A program made the translations under genes and the position numbers. The notes beneath the pieces are model-generated. The model worked only from the letters and a program-made list of their open reading frames with translations, was not told the DNA's origin and made no database searches. Below are positions 60,201-64,000 of a stretch of 64,000 bases of DNA, one piece after another; within the stretch, counting starts at the first letter, position 1; each line of letters begins with the position of its first letter. This stretch comes from a phage. The DNA lies in the sequence record OZ335962.1, one strand, 5' to 3'.

Positions 60201-60386
60201 GAAAATAATAATTCAATATTTCAAGGTCAATTGCCTTCTGAACGACGCAAATTAATGAGTCCTCTATTTGACGCATCTGGAACAACATTTGCACAGTTTA
60301 GGGATTTAGTTAATAAACGTCTAAAAGATAATATAGGAAATCCAAGAGACCCTGAAAATCCAACACAGGTTAAAATAGATGAATGA
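57288..60386 (+). CDS. 7: baseplate wedge initiator
   Basis: 1032 aa as in T4 gp7. Confidence 0.92.
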   Translation: MTVKAPSVTSLRISKLSANQVQVRWDDVGANFYYFVEIAETKTNSGGNLPSNQYQWINLGYTANNSFFFDNANPLTSYIIRVATAAQDFEQSDWIYTEEFETFATNAYTFQNMIEMQLANKFIQEKFTLNNSDYVNFNNDTIMAALMNESFQFSPSYADVSSISNFIIGENEYHEIQGSIQQVCKDINRVYLMESEGILYLFERYQPVVKVSNDKGQTWKAVKLFNDRVGYPLSKTVYYQSASTTYVLGYDKIFYGRKSTDVRWSADDVRFSSQDITFAKLGDQLHLGFDVEIFGTYATLPANVYRIAEAITCTDDYIYVVARDKVRYIKTSNAPIDSDPLSPTYSERLFEPDTMTITGNPKAVCYKMDSIGDKVFALIIGEVETLNANPRTSKIIDSADKGIYVLNHDTKTWKRVFGNTEEERRRIQPGYANMSTDGKLVSLSSSNFKFLSDNIVNDPETIAKYQLIGAVKYEFPREWLADKHYHMMAFIADEKSDWETFAPQPMKYYAEPFFNWSKKSNTRCWINNSNRAVVVYADLKYTKVIENFPETSPDRLVHEYWDDGDCTIVMPNVKFTGFKKYASGMLFYKSSGEIISYYDFNYRVRDTVEIIWKPTGIFLKAFLQNQEHETPWSPEEEHGLADPDLRPLIGTMMPDSYLLQDSNFEAFCEAYIQYLSDGYGTQYNNLRNLIRNKYPREEHAWEYLWSEIYKRNIYLNADKRDAVTRFFESRSYDFYSTKGIEASYKFLFKVLYNEEVEIEIESGAGTEYDIIVQSDSLTEDLVGQTIYTATGRCNVTYIERSYSNGKLQWTVTIHNLLGRLIAGQEVKAERLPSFEGEIIRGVKGKDLLQNNIDYINRSRSYYVMKIKSNLPSSRWKSDVIRFVHPVGFGFIAITLLTMFINVGLTLKHTETIINKYKNYKWDSGLPTEYADRVAKLTPAGEIEHDSVTGEAIYEPGPMAGVKYPLPDDYNAENNNSIFQGQLPSERRKLMSPLFDASGTTFAQFRDLVNKRLKDNIGNPRDPENPTQVKIDE

Positions 60387-61383
60387 TTCAAGTGTTATCT
60401 ATCGTGCGATAGTTACTTCAAAATTTAGAACAGAAAAAATGTTGAATTTTTATAATTCAATTGGGAGTGGTCCGGATAAAAACACTATCTTTATCACATT
60501 TGGAAGATCAGAACCGTGGTCATCAAATGAAAATGAGGTGGGCTTTGCTCCACCTTATCCAACTGATTCTGTATTGGGTGTAACTGACATGTGGACTCAT
60601 ATGATGGGAACCGTAAAGGTTCTTCCATCTATGCTTGATGCGGTTATTCCTCGTAGAGATTGGGGAGATACTAGATATCCGGATCCATACACATTTAGAA
60701 TTAACGATATTGTAGTGTGTAACTCAGCTCCTTACAATGCTACTGAATCAGGCGCAGGCTGGCTAGTATATCGTTGTTTAGATGTTCCTGACACAGGAAC
60801 ATGCTCAATAGCATCTTTGACTGACAAGGATGAATGTATTAAGTTAGGTGGAAAATGGACTCCTTCTGTTAGGTCAATGACTCCTCCTGAAGGTCGAGGA
60901 GACGCGGAAGGAACAATCGAACCTGGAGACGGATATGTTTGGGAATATCTTTTTGAGATTCCGCCTGATGTATCTATAAATAGATGCACAAATGAATATA
61001 TCGTAGTTCCTTGGCCTGAGGAATTAAAAGAAGACCCAACTAGATGGGGGTATGAAGATAATCTCACTTGGAAACAAGATGATTTTGGATTAATTTATCG
61101 CGTTAAGGCAAACACTATACGTTTTAAAGCATATTTAGATTCAGTTTACTTTCCTGATGCTGCATTACCGGGAAATAAAGGATTTAGACAAATATCAATA
61201 ATCACCAATCCTCTTGAAGCTAAAGTTCATCCAAATGACCCAAACGTTAAAGCTGAAAAGGATTATTATGATCCGGAAGATTTAATGAGGCATTCGGGCG
61301 AAATGATTTATATGGAAAATAGGCCACCTATTATCATGGCAATGGATCAAACAGAAGAAATCAATATTCTGTTTACATTTTAA
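60379..61383 (+). CDS. 8: baseplate wedge subunit
   Basis: 334 aa as in T4 gp8; followed by terminator hairpin and late promoter. Confidence 0.92.
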   Translation: MNDSSVIYRAIVTSKFRTEKMLNFYNSIGSGPDKNTIFITFGRSEPWSSNENEVGFAPPYPTDSVLGVTDMWTHMMGTVKVLPSMLDAVIPRRDWGDTRYPDPYTFRINDIVVCNSAPYNATESGAGWLVYRCLDVPDTGTCSIASLTDKDECIKLGGKWTPSVRSMTPPEGRGDAEGTIEPGDGYVWEYLFEIPPDVSINRCTNEYIVVPWPEELKEDPTRWGYEDNLTWKQDDFGLIYRVKANTIRFKAYLDSVYFPDAALPGNKGFRQISIITNPLEAKVHPNDPNVKAEKDYYDPEDLMRHSGEMIYMENRPPIIMAMDQTEEINILFTF

Positions 61384-61388
61384 ATTAA

Positions 61389-61413
61389 GGGAGCCCATAG
61401 GCTCCCTTTTTTC
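61389..61413 (+). terminator. intrinsic terminator downstream of gene 8
   Basis: GGGAGCC-CATA-GGCTCCC followed by TTTTTTCTTT on the plus strand. Confidence 0.7.
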
Positions 61414-61415
61414 TT

Positions 61416-61423
61416 TATAAATA
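61416..61423 (+). promoter_or_regulatory. late promoter (TATAAATA) of gene 9
   Basis: Exact TATAAATA 25 bp upstream of gene 9 ATG. Confidence 0.7.
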
Positions 61424-61447
61424 CTATAAACTCATAAGGAAACCGCT

Positions 61448-62314
61448 ATGTTCATTCAAGAACCAAAGAAATTGATTGATACCGGCGAAATTGGTAACGC
61501 TTCTACTGGTGATATCTTATTCGACGGTGGTAATAAAATTAATAGTGATTTTAACGCAATTTATAATGCGTTTGGCGATCAGCGCAAAATGGCAGTAGCA
61601 AATGGCACTGGAGCAAATGGCCAAATTATCCATGCTACTGGATATTATCAAAAGCACTCTATAGCAGAGTATGCAACTCCAGTAAAAGTTGGCACTAGAC
61701 ATGATATTGATACCTCTACTGTAGGTGTTAAAGTTATCATTGAAAAAGGCGAACTTGGCGACTGTGTTGAATTTATTAACTCAAATGGGTCAATATCAGT
61801 TACTAATCCTTTAACAATTCAGGCTATTGATTCAATCAAAGGTGTTTCGGGTAATTTGGTAGTAACTAGCCCATATAGTAAAGTTACTTTACGATGTATT
61901 TCATCTGATAATTCTACGTCTGTTTGGAATTATTCTATTGAAAGTATGTTTGGCCAAAAGGAATCACCGGCCGAAGGTACATGGAATATTTCTACGTCTG
62001 GATCAGTTGACATTCCGCTATTTCATCGTACTGAATATAATATGGCTAAATTGTTAGTTACATGCCAATCAGTAGATGGAAGAAAAATTAAAACAGCAGA
62101 AATAAATATTCTTGTAGATACTGTTAATTCAGAGGTCATTTCTTCTGAATATGCTGTCATGCGAGTTGGGAATGAAACTGAAGAAGACGAAATCGCTAAT
62201 ATTGCATTTAGTATTAAAACAAATTATGTAACAGCGACTATAAGTTCTTCAACTGTCGGTATGAGAGCAGCAGTTAAAGTTATCGCTACGCAGAAAATCG
62301 GGGTGGCTCAATAA
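61448..62314 (+). CDS. 9: baseplate wedge tail fiber connector
   Basis: 288 aa as in T4 gp9. Confidence 0.92.
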   Translation: MFIQEPKKLIDTGEIGNASTGDILFDGGNKINSDFNAIYNAFGDQRKMAVANGTGANGQIIHATGYYQKHSIAEYATPVKVGTRHDIDTSTVGVKVIIEKGELGDCVEFINSNGSISVTNPLTIQAIDSIKGVSGNLVVTSPYSKVTLRCISSDNSTSVWNYSIESMFGQKESPAEGTWNISTSGSVDIPLFHRTEYNMAKLLVTCQSVDGRKIKTAEINILVDTVNSEVISSEYAVMRVGNETEEDEIANIAFSIKTNYVTATISSSTVGMRAAVKVIATQKIGVAQ

Positions 62315-64000
62315 TGAAACAAAATATTAATATCGGTAATGTTGTTGATGATGGTACCGGTGACTACCTGCGTAAAGGTGGTATAAAAATAAATGAAAAC
62401 TTTGATGAACTTTATTATGAACTCGGTGATGGAGATGTTCCATATTCAGCCGGTGCCTGGAAAACTTATAATGCTTCATCTGGTCAAACACTAAAAGCTA
62501 AGTGGGGAAAATCATACGCTATTAATACCTCTTCTGGAAGAGTAACTTTACAACTTCCTAAAGGAACTGTTAATGATTATAATAAAGTAATTAGAGCTAG
62601 GGATGTATTTGCAACATGGAACATTAATCCAGTTACTTTAGTAGCTGCTTCTGGAGATACAATTAAAGGGTCGTCATCGTCAGTTGAAATTAATATTCAA
62701 TTTAGTGATTTAGAGCTCGTTTATTGCGCACCAGGACGTTGGGAGTATGTCAAAAACAAACAAATTGATAAAATTATTAGTTCAGATATTAGTAATGTAG
62801 CTCGCAAAGAATTTTTAGTAGAAGTTCAAGGACAAACTGACTTTTTAGATATTTTCCGTGGAACTAGTTATAATGTTAATAACATAAGAGTAAAACATCG
62901 CGGTAACGAATTATATTACGGCGATGTATTTAGTGAAAACAGTGACTTTGGCTCTCCAGGGGAAAATGAAGGTGAATTAATTCCTCTTGATGGATTTAAT
63001 ATTAGGTTAAGACAGCCTTGTAATATTGGTGACACTGTTCAAATTGAAACATTTATGGATGGTGTATCACAATGGAGAAGTTCATATACAAGACGCCAAA
63101 TAAAAGTACTAGATTCAAAACTAACATCAAAGACTTCTTTAGAAGGAAGCATTTATGTTACTGATTTATCGGCGATGAAATCAATTCCATTTTCTGCATT
63201 TGGATTAATTCCTGGTGAACCCATTAATCCTAATTCTCTTGAGGTTCGTTTTAATGGAATTTTACAGCAGCAGGCTGGAACAGCTGGATATCCTCTGTTT
63301 TTGTGCGAAGGCGCTAATTCAGATACGCAAGAAGGATGTATATCTCTTGGTGGCGAATGGAAAGAATCAAACACCGATTATTCTATAGAATATGAAGACG
63401 GAAAACCTATCAGTCTTTTATTTGATAGAAAATTTGAATCCGGCGACATTATCGTTATAACATGGTTCAATAACGATTTAGGAACTCTTTTAGAAAAAGA
63501 TGACATCATTGAATTGACTGATGACCGTTATGTTAGCAAAGGATCATCTACCGAGGTTACTGGTGATGTAGCCTTAACGGATTTTGATAAAATTGGTTGG
63601 CCAAATGTTGAAAAAGTTGATTCTTATACTAGAACGTATAATTCAATATCATCTATTTTCGACAGCATTTATCCAGTTGGTTCAATTTATGAAAATGCTA
63701 TAAACCCAAATAATCCAGTGACTTATATGGGATTTGGTTCGTGGAAATTATTTGGTAAAGGACAAGTTTTAGTAGGATGGAACGATGATGTTACAGATCC
63801 AAACTTTGCATTAAACAATAATGATTTAGATTCTAGCGGAAATCCTTCACATACTGCAGGTGGAACAGTTGGAACAACATCAGTAACGCTTGAAAACGCA
63901 AATCTTCCTGCGACTAAAACTGATGAAAGAGTTTTAATTGAAGACGAAAATGGATCAGTTATTATTGGAGGTTGTCAATATGACCCAGATGAAACTGGTC
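62314..64000 (+). CDS. 10: baseplate wedge subunit and tail pin (5' partial, runs off window end)
   Basis: ATG at 62314 overlapping the gene 9 stop (TAATG); open frame continues to the window end; T4 gp10 is about 602 aa. Confidence 0.8.
   Translation, partial: MKQNINIGNVVDDGTGDYLRKGGIKINENFDELYYELGDGDVPYSAGAWKTYNASSGQTLKAKWGKSYAINTSSGRVTLQLPKGTVNDYNKVIRARDVFATWNINPVTLVAASGDTIKGSSSSVEINIQFSDLELVYCAPGRWEYVKNKQIDKIISSDISNVARKEFLVEVQGQTDFLDIFRGTSYNVNNIRVKHRGNELYYGDVFSENSDFGSPGENEGELIPLDGFNIRLRQPCNIGDTVQIETFMDGVSQWRSSYTRRQIKVLDSKLTSKTSLEGSIYVTDLSAMKSIPFSAFGLIPGEPINPNSLEVRFNGILQQQAGTAGYPLFLCEGANSDTQEGCISLGGEWKESNTDYSIEYEDGKPISLLFDRKFESGDIIVITWFNNDLGTLLEKDDIIELTDDRYVSKGSSTEVTGDVALTDFDKIGWPNVEKVDSYTRTYNSISSIFDSIYPVGSIYENAINPNNPVTYMGFGSWKLFGKGQVLVGWNDDVTDPNFALNNNDLDSSGNPSHTAGGTVGTTSVTLENANLPATKTDERVLIEDENGSVIIGGCQYDPDETG

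Noticed and set aside
53001-61067. Minus-strand ORFs inside baseplate genes 5, 6, 7 and 8 (53001-53210, 53876-54076, 55016-55234, 56817-57071, 59086-59388, 60088-60294, 60732-61067)
   Set aside because: Antisense to long plus-strand genes that match T4 baseplate proteins in length and sequence; no promoters or RBS.

Overview
This window is a contiguous segment of a T4-like (T-even, Tequatrovirus-type) myovirus genome, colinear with the T4 map from the gene 42/43 replication cluster to baseplate gene 10. Identification rests on recalled T4 protein sequences and lengths (gp43, gp44, gp45, gp49 endonuclease VII, lysozyme e, denV, tRNAs) and on gene order; no database search was run. Positions 1-52,130 are almost entirely minus-strand early/middle genes: a GT-A glycosyltransferase, 42, imm, 43, regA, 62, 44, 45, rpbA, 46, 47, alpha-gt, 55, nrdH/G/D, 49, nrdC, a variable accessory block, rI, tk, vs, regB, denV, e, nudE, a 10-tRNA cluster, internal-protein genes, 57B, 57A, 1, 3, 2, 4. 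From 52,176 the plus strand carries late baseplate genes 53, 5, 5.4, 6, 7, 8, 9 and the 5' part of 10. I mapped about 13 early-type promoters (GTTTAC -35, extended -10), several TATAAATA late promoters, two MotA-box-like middle promoters and about 13 terminator hairpins. The points most worth follow-up are an exact 255-bp in-frame tandem duplication, a four-gene paralog array inside a T4-divergent accessory block with an AAA+ ATPase and a nucleotidyltransferase, two tRNAs (Tyr, Asn) not in the canonical T4 set, and cassette-like internal-protein genes. No CRISPR array, integrase, transposase or homing endonuclease was seen. Exact start codons of small ORFs are approximate.
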